DNA of 40,000 nucleotides from Zeimonas sediminis (GTDB lineage Bacteria; Pseudomonadota; Gammaproteobacteria; Burkholderiales; Burkholderiaceae_E): NCBI RefSeq assembly GCF_023721795.1, contig NZ_JAMQYE010000001.1, positions 2,351,671 to 2,391,670 of the forward strand, read 5' to 3'. Shown piece by piece: positions 1 to 8,217 of this stretch (position 1 is its first letter; each line of letters starts with the position of its first letter). The notes under the pieces were generated by a model. It saw only the letters and a program-made list of their open reading frames with translations, ran no database searches and was not told where the DNA came from. The position numbers and the translations under genes were made by a program.

Positions 1-423
1 GGCGCCGAGCTGGGCGCGCTCACCGCGTTCGCGATCGCCCGCGCGGCCGGGCGCGACACCGTGCATCGCTGGTTCGGCGACCGGCTCTCGGTGGGCCTGA
101 TCGGCTCGCAGAACACGCTGATGGGGATCGTGTTCGTCAGCCGCCTGCTGCCCTTCGTGTCGTTCGACGTGGTCAGCTACGCGGCAGGCCTCACGCTGAT
201 CTCCGCGTGGCGCTTCGCGCTCGCGACCCTCGCGGGGATCGCGCCCACCAGCTTCCTGCTCGCCCACTTCGGCAGCGAGATGGGCAGCGGCGAGCCCGGG
301 CGAATCGGTTGGTCGGTGCTCGCGCTGGGCAGCTTGACCCTGGTGCCGCTCGTGGCGGCCTGGCTTCGGGACAGGCGCGCGCGGCGGCGCGATACTACCG
401 GCGGGCCCGACCGGCCTGCCTAG
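1..423 (+). CDS. DedA / TVP38-TMEM64 family membrane protein, C-terminal part (5' end outside window)
   Basis: Frame 1 is open from base 1 to the TAG at 421-423 (ORF track shows it only from 61). The translation GAELGALTAFAIARAAGRDTVHRWFG...VSFDVVSYAAGLT...TSFLLAHFG shows hydrophobic helices. It also shows the aR-x-x-GR and SYAAG patterns I associate with this family. Confidence 0.6.
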   Translation, partial: GAELGALTAFAIARAAGRDTVHRWFGDRLSVGLIGSQNTLMGIVFVSRLLPFVSFDVVSYAAGLTLISAWRFALATLAGIAPTSFLLAHFGSEMGSGEPGRIGWSVLALGSLTLVPLVAAWLRDRRARRRDTTGGPDRPA

Positions 424-1112
424 CGCATCCGCACTGCGAGGCTCTGCGTGGCGCGACCGATGAAGCCCCGCACGTCGTAGAGCGCCGACTCGGCCAGCCC
501 GGAGCCGTCGGGCCCGATCGCGGTGCGCGCGTCCAGGCAGATCCACTCGCCGACCGGCTTGCGCAGCAGGTTGATCGTGAGGTCGGCGTTCACGTACAGG
601 TAGCGCTCGATGTCGAGCACCGCGCTGACGCCGTTGCCGGAGTCGGCCGCGACCGCGACCCGGGCGTAGGGGCTCGGCGCCTCGCCCTGCACGAGCGGAT
701 ACCGCAGGCGGAACCAGATCGCGCAAGGCCCTTGCCACATCGCGCCTTGCGCGAGCCGCGTTTCCACCAGATCGGCGTAGCCGACGTGCTTGCCCGCGAA
801 CGGGAAGTTCACCGGCGGCGAATCGTCGGGCGCGCGCGGTGCCTTCGGAAAAGGGTGGCCCGGAAGCGAAGCGGGCAGCTCGACAGCCGACTCGCGCTGC
901 GCGAGCGCGGTGAGGCGAGCGATGTGGCCCAGGCCGTGCTCGCCTGCGGCAACCTCGATCGCCCGGCAGGCCAGCGCGACCGGCGGGCCGCCGTGCTGGT
1001 GGGCGGGATCCCAGGGGCCGCGGGGGAGCTCGGTGGCGTGGAAGCGGCCGAGGGCGGAGGAGATGTAGGCGGCGTCGGGAAGGCCTGGCTTGCTAGGCGG
1101 AGTGTCGGTCAT
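420..1112 (-). CDS. thioesterase-like (hotdog fold) protein, possibly carrying an in-frame internal deletion
   Basis: ORF 420..1277. I place the start at the internal ATG at 1110-1112 (MTDTPPSKPG...). The C-terminal half (...YARVAVAADSGNGVSAVL...NADLTINLLRKPVGEWICLDARTAIGPDGSGLAESALYDVRG) matches the thioesterase-like superfamily pattern as I remember it. Start and integrity are uncertain. Confidence 0.5.
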   Translation of the reverse strand: MTDTPPSKPGLPDAAYISSALGRFHATELPRGPWDPAHQHGGPPVALACRAIEVAAGEHGLGHIARLTALAQRESAVELPASLPGHPFPKAPRAPDDSPPVNFPFAGKHVGYADLVETRLAQGAMWQGPCAIWFRLRYPLVQGEAPSPYARVAVAADSGNGVSAVLDIERYLYVNADLTINLLRKPVGEWICLDARTAIGPDGSGLAESALYDVRGFIGRATQSLAVRMR

Positions 1113-1390
1113 CGGGTGCTTCGAATCGAGGAGGGCAATCCCCGGGGATTCTGGCACGGGAGGTATGCTGGTCAACGCCCTTGGCCGCTCAGGAGAAACC
1201 GATCCGCTCGCGATATCAGCGATCGCTTCCACCGCCCGCACGCGGCCTGCGCCCAGGCTCGAACAGTCGGCACTCATGAAGCAGTTGCGGCCAGCTGCGG
1301 AAGCCGTGCCTCTCAGGAGTCTCCTCCGGATAACGGGTGGCGAGCAGATCGCCTCGATGCTCGCTCTGCGATCTCGAAGTGCTCGGTTGG

Positions 1391-2230
1391 TCAGGAATCC
1401 GCAACGCGGGTGCCTCTACACGCCGGGTAAGTCGTGCAGCCCCAGAACGCTTTGCCGGCATTCGCGCCGCGCGTGGCAACTCGCCGGACCATTGCACTGG
1501 CGCACTGCGGACACGCCGGCGCTTCGGCAGCCGGGGCTGCAGGGGCCGCCGCCGGCGACCGCGGCGTCACAGCCCCGATCAGCTTCATCAACGCTTCGCC
1601 GTCGACGAGCCTCAAGTTGCGCCCCTCAGCGAAGCGCCGTGCCTCGTCAGTAAAGCGACCCGAGGTCACGACGAAGCCGCCCGCCGCGCCGCGTGCGGCC
1701 ATCACGCCGTAGAGCTGACGAACGACGTCGACACCGACCTTCAGCGCCCTCCACTGCTTGCATTGCACGAGGAAGGTCTCCGCGCCCTTCTTCAGGACGA
1801 GATCGACACCGCCGTCCGGGCCCGCGCCGCCGGTCTCGTCAACGCGGAATCCGCGACGGCGAAAGGCCTCGCCGACCAGCATCTCGAACTCCTGCCACGA
1901 CATCCCGTCGAGCGCGCCGGCCGCCTTGCTCGCCTGCACGTTCCGCGCCAGCGCGCACCGGGTCGAGCGGCGCCACGCGGAAGCCGCCGCGCCGACCAAA
2001 CACAGGAAGGGCAGGAGGTACTGGCCGATCGATGCGAGGGTCCGCAACAAGGTCGCGGCAGCCACCCCGCCGATCTGGCCAGGCTGCACTGTCGGTGCCG
2101 ACTGCGGCACGGCCATCGTACTGAGGAGCAGATACGAAAGGGCCGCGAGTCCGACTCCCATCCACCATGGGAGAACCGCGACCAACTCGGTCACGTCTTC
2201 CAGCGTGCTCGAACGACGTCTACGCGACAT
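1391..2230 (-). CDS. Mrr-cat type restriction endonuclease domain protein with N-terminal TM helices and C-terminal topoisomerase-type zinc ribbon
   Basis: ORF 1391..2299, start placed at ATG 2228-2230 (MSRRRRSS). Two hydrophobic helices are present (LVAVLPWWMGVGLAALSYLLL, LLPFLCLVGAAASAW). The Mrr_cat-like core reads WQEFEMLVGEAFRRRGF...GGVDLVLKK...LVQCKQW...VGVDVVRQLYG. The C-terminal motif is CPQC...WGCTTYPAC. Confidence 0.7.
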   Translation of the reverse strand: MSRRRRSSTLEDVTELVAVLPWWMGVGLAALSYLLLSTMAVPQSAPTVQPGQIGGVAAATLLRTLASIGQYLLPFLCLVGAAASAWRRSTRCALARNVQASKAAGALDGMSWQEFEMLVGEAFRRRGFRVDETGGAGPDGGVDLVLKKGAETFLVQCKQWRALKVGVDVVRQLYGVMAARGAAGGFVVTSGRFTDEARRFAEGRNLRLVDGEALMKLIGAVTPRSPAAAPAAPAAEAPACPQCASAMVRRVATRGANAGKAFWGCTTYPACRGTRVADS

Positions 2231-2336
2231 GGGGCCTCCCTTTCCCACTCGGATCATCCGAGCGAGGATAGGGAGGGCGGCACCGCCACGCGGCCGCAAG
2301 AGGCCGGGCGGCGGAACGCGGTATACCAGCGGCTGC

Positions 2337-2654
2337 TCAGGCCACCTCGACCCGCAGCCGCAGCCCCAGCGCCCGCACGACCCTGAGCACGGTGGAGAAG
2401 CCCGGATTTCCGTTCTCGCTCAGCGCGCGGTACAGGCTCTCGCGACTCAGGCCGGCGTCGCGCGCGACTTCCGTCATGCCCTTGGCGCGCGCCACATCGC
2501 CGAGCGCGCGTGCGATCCCGGCCACGTCGTCTGGCGCATCCTCGAGCCACGCGTCCAGATAGGCGGCCATTTCCGCGGGGCTACGAAGTTGCGCGGCGAC
2601 GTCGTAGGGCAGCGTCTCGTGGCGCGCTGTCATGGTCTCCGATGCTTTCGCCAT
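2337..2654 (-). CDS. addiction-module antidote protein (HigA-like HTH antitoxin)
   Basis: 105 aa; ...AAYLDAWLEDAPDDVAGIARALGDVARAKGMTEVARDAGLSRESLYRALSENGNPGFSTVLRVVRALGLRL is the classic pattern of this antidote family. It lies 6 nt downstream of the toxin gene. Confidence 0.85.
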   Translation of the reverse strand: MAKASETMTARHETLPYDVAAQLRSPAEMAAYLDAWLEDAPDDVAGIARALGDVARAKGMTEVARDAGLSRESLYRALSENGNPGFSTVLRVVRALGLRLRVEVA

Positions 2655-2660
2655 CGCTGC

Positions 2661-2954
2661 TTACTCCCGAAAACTCCTGGCGAGATCGATCGCCGCTTCG
2701 ATATCGCGCTGCTGGGTGGACTTGTCGCCACCGCCCAGCAGGACGATCAGTTCTTCGCCGCGCACCATGTAATAGACGCGGTAGCCGGGGCCCACATCGA
2801 TCCGCAGTTCGAACACACCGGCAACGAGGTAACGATGGTCACCCGGATTTCCATGGCATAGGCGGTCGACACGGACCTGAATTCGGGCCCGAGTTCTGGT
2901 ATTCCGCAGGCCGTCGATCCAGTCGACATAGAGCCGAGTCGTGTAGGTTCGCAT
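2661..2954 (-). CDS. addiction-module killer protein (RelE/ParE superfamily, HigB-like toxin)
   Basis: 97 aa; ...RIQVRVDRLCHGNPGDHRYLVAGVFELRIDVGPGYRVYYMVRGEELIVLLGGGDKSTQQRDIEAA is typical of the killer partner of the downstream antidote. Confidence 0.85.
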   Translation of the reverse strand: MRTYTTRLYVDWIDGLRNTRTRARIQVRVDRLCHGNPGDHRYLVAGVFELRIDVGPGYRVYYMVRGEELIVLLGGGDKSTQQRDIEAAIDLARSFRE

Positions 2955-3140
2955 GGCAAGTATGTAGCCTGTAGGCTACAAAGACAAGTAGCGCGTGCGA
3001 ACGAGCGTATCGAGCGGATGAGGGCGCGTCTGTAACACCGAAGGCCGACCCCCGATGCGCGTGACCGGCCTAGGTCATTGGAGCGAAGAATCGGCGCGGC
3101 AAGGCGGCAACTCGAGCGCCGCCAACCTGCGATGCCCCAG

Positions 3141-3956
3141 CTACTCCTTGAAGTACACCACCTGGTGACTCGTCGCCAGCAGCTCCCCGCCCTCGCTCCA
3201 GATCTCGGCCGACTGGTCGTGATAGCCGAGCCCGAAGCGAGAGGCGCGCGCGGTGGCCAGCACGTGCTTCTCGCCCACCCGGGCCAGGTGCTTCGAGTCG
3301 GCGTGGAAGTAGGTGGTCAGCGACACGGTGCCGGCCGGCACCCGGCGCGGGCGGCGGATCATCACCCGCGGGAAGAAGGAGTCGCAGATCGCGGCCAGCG
3401 ACAGGAAGTCCATCGGTCTCGGCGGCTCGTCGCGGATCCACAGCGTGCTGACCGAGTCGAGCTCCTGCTCGGGCTTCGAGCCGTCGGGCCAGTAGCCCTT
3501 CACGAAGCGCATGTCGTAGCACCTGGTCCACTGCGCGAAGCGGCTGCTGTCCATGCGCGGCAGCGCGTCCGCGGCCGGCACGTGCGGGAAGCCGGCCTCG
3601 GTCGAGGCCCAGGTCTCGCGACGCAGCGCGAAGAACGCGGTGGCGGTGGTCGTCACCGCGTCGCCCTGGCTCATGGTCATCGACCAGTGCTGCGTGGAGC
3701 GGTTGGTGCGCATCGGCACCGCGTCGATCCGGAACTCGCCGTCGGCCACCGCGCCGGCGTAGTTGATCGTGAGCGCCACCGGGTCGCCGAGGCGATCGGG
3801 GTGAGTGAGCGCGGCGTTGAGCATCGCCGCCGCGGTCGTGCCGCCGAAGGGGCCGACCATGTTGGCGTAGGCCGGCTCGGTTCGGCCGGCGAGCGAGCCG
3901 TCGGGGTTGCGGACCAGGCGGGTGGCGCGGTCGATGGGGTGGGCGGGGTCGGTCAT
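3141..3956 (-). CDS. acyl-CoA thioesterase (TesB-like double hotdog)
   Basis: 271 aa with clean ATG at 3954-3956. NMVGPFGGTTAAAML...RTNRSTQHWSMTM...TVSLTTYFH...GLGYHDQSAEIWSEGGELLATSHQVVYFKE resembles acyl-CoA thioesterase II-type proteins. Confidence 0.75.
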   Translation of the reverse strand: MTDPAHPIDRATRLVRNPDGSLAGRTEPAYANMVGPFGGTTAAAMLNAALTHPDRLGDPVALTINYAGAVADGEFRIDAVPMRTNRSTQHWSMTMSQGDAVTTTATAFFALRRETWASTEAGFPHVPAADALPRMDSSRFAQWTRCYDMRFVKGYWPDGSKPEQELDSVSTLWIRDEPPRPMDFLSLAAICDSFFPRVMIRRPRRVPAGTVSLTTYFHADSKHLARVGEKHVLATARASRFGLGYHDQSAEIWSEGGELLATSHQVVYFKE

Positions 3957-4077
3957 GGCGGAACGGGCGGTGCAGTCGCGAGATGTCCAGCAACTATAGG
4001 CCAGGCACTCCGCGGCCTTCGCGGCGCGGCGATCCGGAATCTGGCCGGCACGCGCGCCTCGCCACGGCCTGCGCCGC

Positions 4078-5028
4078 TCACTCCTCCGCCAGCTTCCTGC
4101 GCGCCTCGCGGCGTTCGATCGCCTTCTCCTTGCGGCGCTTGTCGTACTCGATCTTGACGAGCTTCTCCTTCTCGCCCAGCTCGGCCGCCCGGGCGGTGAG
4201 CGCCTGCAAGTCGGCCTGGCCGCCCATCATCATCGTGCTGAACAAGGTGCGCTCGGACTGCAGCGCCTGCAGCTCGGCCCTCTCCTCCCAGTCGATCGCG
4301 AAGTCCTCTTCCATGTTCGCCAGGTCGAAGGCGCGCAGCTTGTCGCCGTTGCGGTACTTCGCCAGCGACTTCCTGTTCCGGTCGCCCACGCTGGCCACGT
4401 GCTTGCGCTCGCCGTCGTTCCAGCGCTGCTCGTCGCGGGTCAGCTCGCCACCGATCGGCTTCGCCAGGATCGGCTCGGGATCGCGCGCAAGGCCCATGGA
4501 TTCGGCCTTGGCGAGCAGCGCCTGGTCCTGCTCCTTCAGCAGGGCGTGCTTGCGCCGCTCGACCGCCAGCCGCTCCTGGTGGACCTTCCCCGCGGCCTGC
4601 TTGCGAATGCGGAACATCTCCGCGGAGAGCGACTTCATCGCCGACTCCATCTTCGCCATCCGGGCCTCGGCCGGCTCGGCGCTCGTCGACATCAGGCTGT
4701 CGGACAGGCGCTTCTGGAACTCGGCTTCCGCCTTGGCGACGTTCGCGTCGTGCTCGGCCTGCAGCTGGACGCGGCGCAGCTCGAACTCCACGTCCACCTG
4801 CCGCAGCTTCTCGCGATAGTCCTGCTCGACCGCGCGCGCCTGCTCCTGGAAGTCGCGGCGCGCGTCGTTCAGCGCCTGGTCGCGGTCGCGCTTCTGCTCG
4901 CGCCGCTCCTTCTGCGCGGCATTGCGCTGGTCGCGCAACTCCTTGTCAGGCTGCTGGGCGTGGGCGGAAACCGGCTGCAACCCGATGCCGGCGGCAAGCG
5001 CCAGGCAGGCGAAGAAGGCGTGCTTCAT
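4078..5028 (-). CDS. secreted charged coiled-coil protein of unknown function
   Basis: 316 aa. Signal peptide MKHAFFACLALAAGIGLQPVSAHA/QQ. The remainder is E/K/R/Q-rich and heptad-like (e.g. EQDYREKLRQVDVEFELRRVQLQAEHDANVAKAEAEFQKRL). No family recognised. Confidence 0.65.
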   Translation of the reverse strand: MKHAFFACLALAAGIGLQPVSAHAQQPDKELRDQRNAAQKERREQKRDRDQALNDARRDFQEQARAVEQDYREKLRQVDVEFELRRVQLQAEHDANVAKAEAEFQKRLSDSLMSTSAEPAEARMAKMESAMKSLSAEMFRIRKQAAGKVHQERLAVERRKHALLKEQDQALLAKAESMGLARDPEPILAKPIGGELTRDEQRWNDGERKHVASVGDRNRKSLAKYRNGDKLRAFDLANMEEDFAIDWEERAELQALQSERTLFSTMMMGGQADLQALTARAAELGEKEKLVKIEYDKRRKEKAIERREARRKLAEE

Positions 5029-5141
5029 CGGCGTCTCCTCGGAATCCGCGGGCGCGGGGCGGCCCGGCAGTTCCGAGGGTAGGACAGCGGGGGGCGGCTG
5101 TCACCCGGTCTCGGGCGTGGATCGCCGAAGCCGGAACGGAT

Positions 5142-5702
5142 TCAGGACTCCGCCTCCTCGATCCTCAGGTCGGGAAACCGGAGCGGCGTGCCATCCTCGG
5201 CGAAGGCGCTGTACTCGAGCCGGTCCGGCGAGCCGGCTCCGAACACCGAGGCCAGCGTGGCCACCCCGAGCGCCGCCAGCCAGCCGTGGTCCACCGGCGG
5301 CACGAGCTCCACGAAGTAGTTCGGGGAGCCTTCCAGCTCGTGCGGACCGATGCCCTCGGGCAGGTTCGTCGGCGCACCCCAACCGAGCCGCAACAGCGCG
5401 CGGTGCTGGCTGTCGCTTATCGTCGCGTCCTCGGGCAGGTAGTAGGCCGACGTGGCCTCGGCGCGCATGCCGAACACGCCCTGCGCGGCGAACTGCACGT
5501 ACAGGTTCGTGCCGCGGATCACGACGATCAGGTACTCGTCCTCTCTCATGGCCTGCAGGGCCAGGCCCAGCCGCACGACCAGATCGTGCCAGGGCGTCGT
5601 GTCCGTCGCCTGCGCGCTGCTCGCGGCCGCCCGCGCGATGGCCCGGGCCGCGATCCGGCTCGCCTTTTCCGTCGGCGAATCCCCATTCTTCCGGTCTGCC
5701 AT
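5142..5702 (-). CDS. hypothetical protein (possibly YbjN/T3SS-chaperone-like fold)
   Basis: ORF 5142..5777, start placed at ATG 5700-5702 (MADRKNG). The codon-usage-consistent, non-shadow sequence reads ...EYLIVVIRGTNLYVQFAAQGVFGMRAEATSAYYLPE...LLRLGWGAPTN...SPNYFVEL. Family assignment is weak. Confidence 0.5.
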   Translation of the reverse strand: MADRKNGDSPTEKASRIAARAIARAAASSAQATDTTPWHDLVVRLGLALQAMREDEYLIVVIRGTNLYVQFAAQGVFGMRAEATSAYYLPEDATISDSQHRALLRLGWGAPTNLPEGIGPHELEGSPNYFVELVPPVDHGWLAALGVATLASVFGAGSPDRLEYSAFAEDGTPLRFPDLRIEEAES

Positions 5703-5766
5703 GACGCTTCCTCCCGATGACTCGTCTGCCGGCCGGCTTTCGCCGTCCCCGTTGCCACTCCTGCTG

Positions 5767-5806
5767 GTTAGTGGCATAATGCCAATATCTTAGCTTGTTA
5801 GTGGCA
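5767..5806. promoter_or_regulatory. candidate operator: GTTAGTGGCA direct repeat (x2, 30 bp apart) with embedded palindrome TGGCATAATGCCA
   Basis: GTTAGTGGCA occurs at 5767-5776 and 5797-5806. The perfect palindrome TGGCAT-A-ATGCCA lies at 5772-5784. Both sit in the divergent intergenic region directly upstream of the NrtR-like gene. Confidence 0.3.
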
Positions 5807-5819
5807 CCGCCGCAATAAG

Positions 5820-6485
5820 ATGACAGGCCCTCAGCTCTACCCCTTCGTCGCGACCAACGTCGCGCTGTTCACGCTCGACGGCGACTCGCTGCGGGTGCTG
5901 GTCGGCAAGCGCGCCAACGCGCCGCAGGCCGGCCGCTGGGCGCTGCCCGGCGGCGCGCTGAAGCCCGAGCTCGACGACGACCTGGCCGCGTCGGCCCGGC
6001 GCGTGCTGCGGGAGAAGGTCCGCTTCGACCCGACCCTGCTCGAGCAGGTGCGCGCGTTCAGCGGGCGCGACCGCGACCCGCGCGGCTGGTCGGTGGCCAC
6101 CCTCTTCTACGCGCTGCTGCCGCAGGACAGGATCGACGCCGCCGCCGGCCACAAGACCGAGGCGATCGACTGGGTCGATGCGGCCCGGCCCGGCCGGCCG
6201 CTGGCCTTCGACCACGCGCAGATGCTCGCCGAGGCGGTCGCCCGGCTGCGCGCCAAGGTCGAGCACGACGCGCTGCCGCTGCACCTGCTGGCCGACCGTT
6301 TCACGCTGACCGAGCTGCAGCGCGCCTGCGAGGCGATCACCGGCCAGCCGCTCGACAAGAGCGCGTTCCGGCGCCGGCTCAAGGCCCGGGAAGGACGGGA
6401 CTTCGTCGAGGTGCCCGGCGAGTTCGCGCAGGGCGCGCACCGGCCGGCCCAGTACTACAAGCGAGCCAGGGGGTTCAGGTTTTGA
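5820..6485 (+). CDS. nrtR: NrtR-like regulator (Nudix domain with degenerate Nudix box + C-terminal winged-helix domain)
   Basis: 221 aa. The Nudix-like N-terminus GGALKPELDDDLAASARRVLREKV lacks the canonical REx2EE. The C-terminal FDHAQMLAEAVARLRAKVEHDALPLHLLADRFTLTELQRACEAITGQPLDKSAFRRRL is the NrtR-type wHTH signature. Confidence 0.75.
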   Translation: MTGPQLYPFVATNVALFTLDGDSLRVLVGKRANAPQAGRWALPGGALKPELDDDLAASARRVLREKVRFDPTLLEQVRAFSGRDRDPRGWSVATLFYALLPQDRIDAAAGHKTEAIDWVDAARPGRPLAFDHAQMLAEAVARLRAKVEHDALPLHLLADRFTLTELQRACEAITGQPLDKSAFRRRLKAREGRDFVEVPGEFAQGAHRPAQYYKRARGFRF

Positions 6486-7021
6486 GGACGAGCCACACAC
6501 ATCCGCTGCGGATCGACGAGGTCGCTGCGGGCGAAGCCGGCGGCGTCATCGGCATCACCTTCTGCCCCGGCAAGCAGGGCGACAGCTACTCGGGCGCGCC
6601 GTGGGCGCGCGACCTCGAGGCCGACCTCGACGCGATCGCACGCTGGCAGCCCGGCGCGATGCTCACGCTGATCGAGGACCACGAGTTCGACATGCTCGGC
6701 GTGCCGCGGCTCGGCGAGCGCGCGCCGGCCCGCGGGATCGAATGGCATCACCTGCCGATCGTGGACGTGCAGCCGCCGGACGAGCGATTCGAGTCGTTGT
6801 GGGTCGAGCGGGGGCCGGGGCTGGTGCGGTTGCTGCAGGAAGGCGGCAAGGTTCTGGCGCACTGCCGCGGCGGGCTCGGGCGGGCGGGCACGGTGGCGGC
6901 GCTGCTGCTGGTCGGGATGGGGGTGCCAGGCGGGGAGGCGGTGCGGCGCGTGCGGGCGGCGCGGCCGGGGGCGATCGAGACGGGCGCGCAGTTGCGGTAC
7001 GTGATGGCCGCCGGGCGGTGA
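6482..7021 (+). CDS. Cys-based protein phosphatase (dual-specificity / CDKN3-like fold)
   Basis: 179 aa. The active-site loop HCRGGLGRAGT fits HC-x5-R. The TTG start at 6482 overlaps the NrtR-like stop (TTGA). Confidence 0.75.
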   Translation: MRTSHTHPLRIDEVAAGEAGGVIGITFCPGKQGDSYSGAPWARDLEADLDAIARWQPGAMLTLIEDHEFDMLGVPRLGERAPARGIEWHHLPIVDVQPPDERFESLWVERGPGLVRLLQEGGKVLAHCRGGLGRAGTVAALLLVGMGVPGGEAVRRVRAARPGAIETGAQLRYVMAAGR

Positions 7022-7028
7022 GCGCGCA

Positions 7029-7364
7029 TCAACCCAGCGCAAGCAGCGCCGCCTCGGGCGCCTTGTCCAGGATCTTGAGCAAGGCCTTGGCCGCACCGGT
7101 GGGGTAGCGCTTGCCCTGTTCCCAGTTGCGGATCGTGTCGAGAGGCACGTCGATCCGCCGGGCGAATTCCTGCTGCGTGAGCCCCAGGCGCCGGCGCACG
7201 CGCCTGGCGAATCGGCCGGCATCCTGCATTGCATCGACATCGTCCTCGGCCCGCTGAAGGGCGAGGTCTGCCTCGGTCGTGGCGTCGAGCCGACGGCGGT
7301 CGACCCGTGCCTTCGGCAGGGTCGAGGGCTGGCGGAAATCAACGCTGACGCGGACTGTCTTCAT
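7029..7364 (-). CDS. XRE-family helix-turn-helix protein (antitoxin-like)
   Basis: 111 aa; C-terminal HTH LGLTQQEFARRIDVPLDTIRNWEQGKRYPTGAAKALLKIL. No partner toxin gene is adjacent. Confidence 0.7.
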   Translation of the reverse strand: MKTVRVSVDFRQPSTLPKARVDRRRLDATTEADLALQRAEDDVDAMQDAGRFARRVRRRLGLTQQEFARRIDVPLDTIRNWEQGKRYPTGAAKALLKILDKAPEAALLALG

Positions 7365-7451
7365 GCGGGGATCCTCGCGGCACGCTGTAGTTCAATGGCC
7401 GACATCCAGCAACAGTCCCGCGGGTCGTCAGCCTGAGGAATGACTCTCGCT

Positions 7452-7512
7452 CATGTCGCCAGCGACGACATATCCACGAAACGTGTCGCCAAAACGCGAT
7501 TTCGGCGACATG
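7452..7512. promoter_or_regulatory. nested inverted repeats (terminator and/or operator)
   Basis: CATGTCGCC (7452-7460) pairs with GGCGACATG (7504-7512). An inner arm TGTCGCCAAAA...ATTTCGGCGACA (about 7484-7510) is also present. The element lies between the stop of the 7534 gene and the start of the 7364 gene. Confidence 0.25.
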
Positions 7513-7533
7513 TCCTCGAGCCAGGCCCGGCGG

Positions 7534-7857
7534 TCATAGCACCGCCTCGAGCCCCTTGCGTTCGATGAGGTTGAGCAACTTCAACGACGGGCCGCTCGGC
7601 TTCTTGTCGCCGGCCTCCCACTTCTGGACCGTCGACAGGCTGGTGTTCAGCACGGCGGCGAACACAGCCTGGCTGACATGCGCGCCCTCGCGCAGCGCCT
7701 TGATCTTCTGCGGGGGCATCTCGGGAACGTCGAGATGACACAAGGCCTCGAACTCGCCCATGCGGCGCTTGCTGATCAGGCCCGCTCCGTGGAGCCCCTG
7801 CGCGGTCTCGCGCATTTCTTCGAGGATTCGACTCTTACGCCTGGTCGTTGCCACCAC
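7534..7857 (-). CDS. XRE-family HTH antitoxin (partner of PF06296-type RelE toxins)
   Basis: Start placed at GTG 7855-7857, overlapping the end of the upstream toxin remnant. RILEEMRETAQGLHGAGLISKRRMGEFEALC...KIKALREGAHVSQAVFAAVLNTSLSTVQKWEAGDKKPSGPSLKLLNLIERKGLEAV is the typical antitoxin pattern. Confidence 0.75.
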   Translation of the reverse strand: MVATTRRKSRILEEMRETAQGLHGAGLISKRRMGEFEALCHLDVPEMPPQKIKALREGAHVSQAVFAAVLNTSLSTVQKWEAGDKKPSGPSLKLLNLIERKGLEAVL

Positions 7858-8050
7858 CGATCTCCACAAGTTCGCCGGCTGCGAGAGCGGCGGCCAGTTG
7901 ACGATCGCCGAACCCAACGAGCTCCTTCGCCACTTCCTGAAGCGCCCGCAGTTCGTCCGTATCGATGCTCGAGCGCTCGTTCTTGCTGAAGCCGTAGATG
8001 AAGAACCAGCGGGCGAAGGTGCGGGTCCGGAAAACTCGCAACGTTTTCAC
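7835..8050 (-). CDS. RelE/ParE-superfamily toxin remnant (apparent in-frame internal deletion)
   Basis: Start placed at GTG 8048-8050: VKTLRVFRTRTFARW|FFIYGFSKNERSSIDTDELRALQEVAKELV.... Both the N-terminal (FKTKxFARW) and C-terminal (RWFFxYGFxKNERxNI) family signatures are present. They are fused directly, so the roughly 50 aa normally between them is missing. Confidence 0.55.
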   Translation of the reverse strand: MKTLRVFRTRTFARWFFIYGFSKNERSSIDTDELRALQEVAKELVGFGDRQLAAALAAGELVEIGGGNDQA

Positions 8051-8217
8051 TATACCACCAGGTGCAATACTTATCCAGCCTTCGGAAGTTCGGCGATGAG
8101 CGACTGCGAGCAGTCGCACCGCCGGATGTCTGGTTCGATCCTATGCAACCGGGAACGCGAAGTCTGTAGAACGTTCGGCCGAGTCGGGGACCATCGCCAG
8201 GCGCCGCGGGCGCCCCC

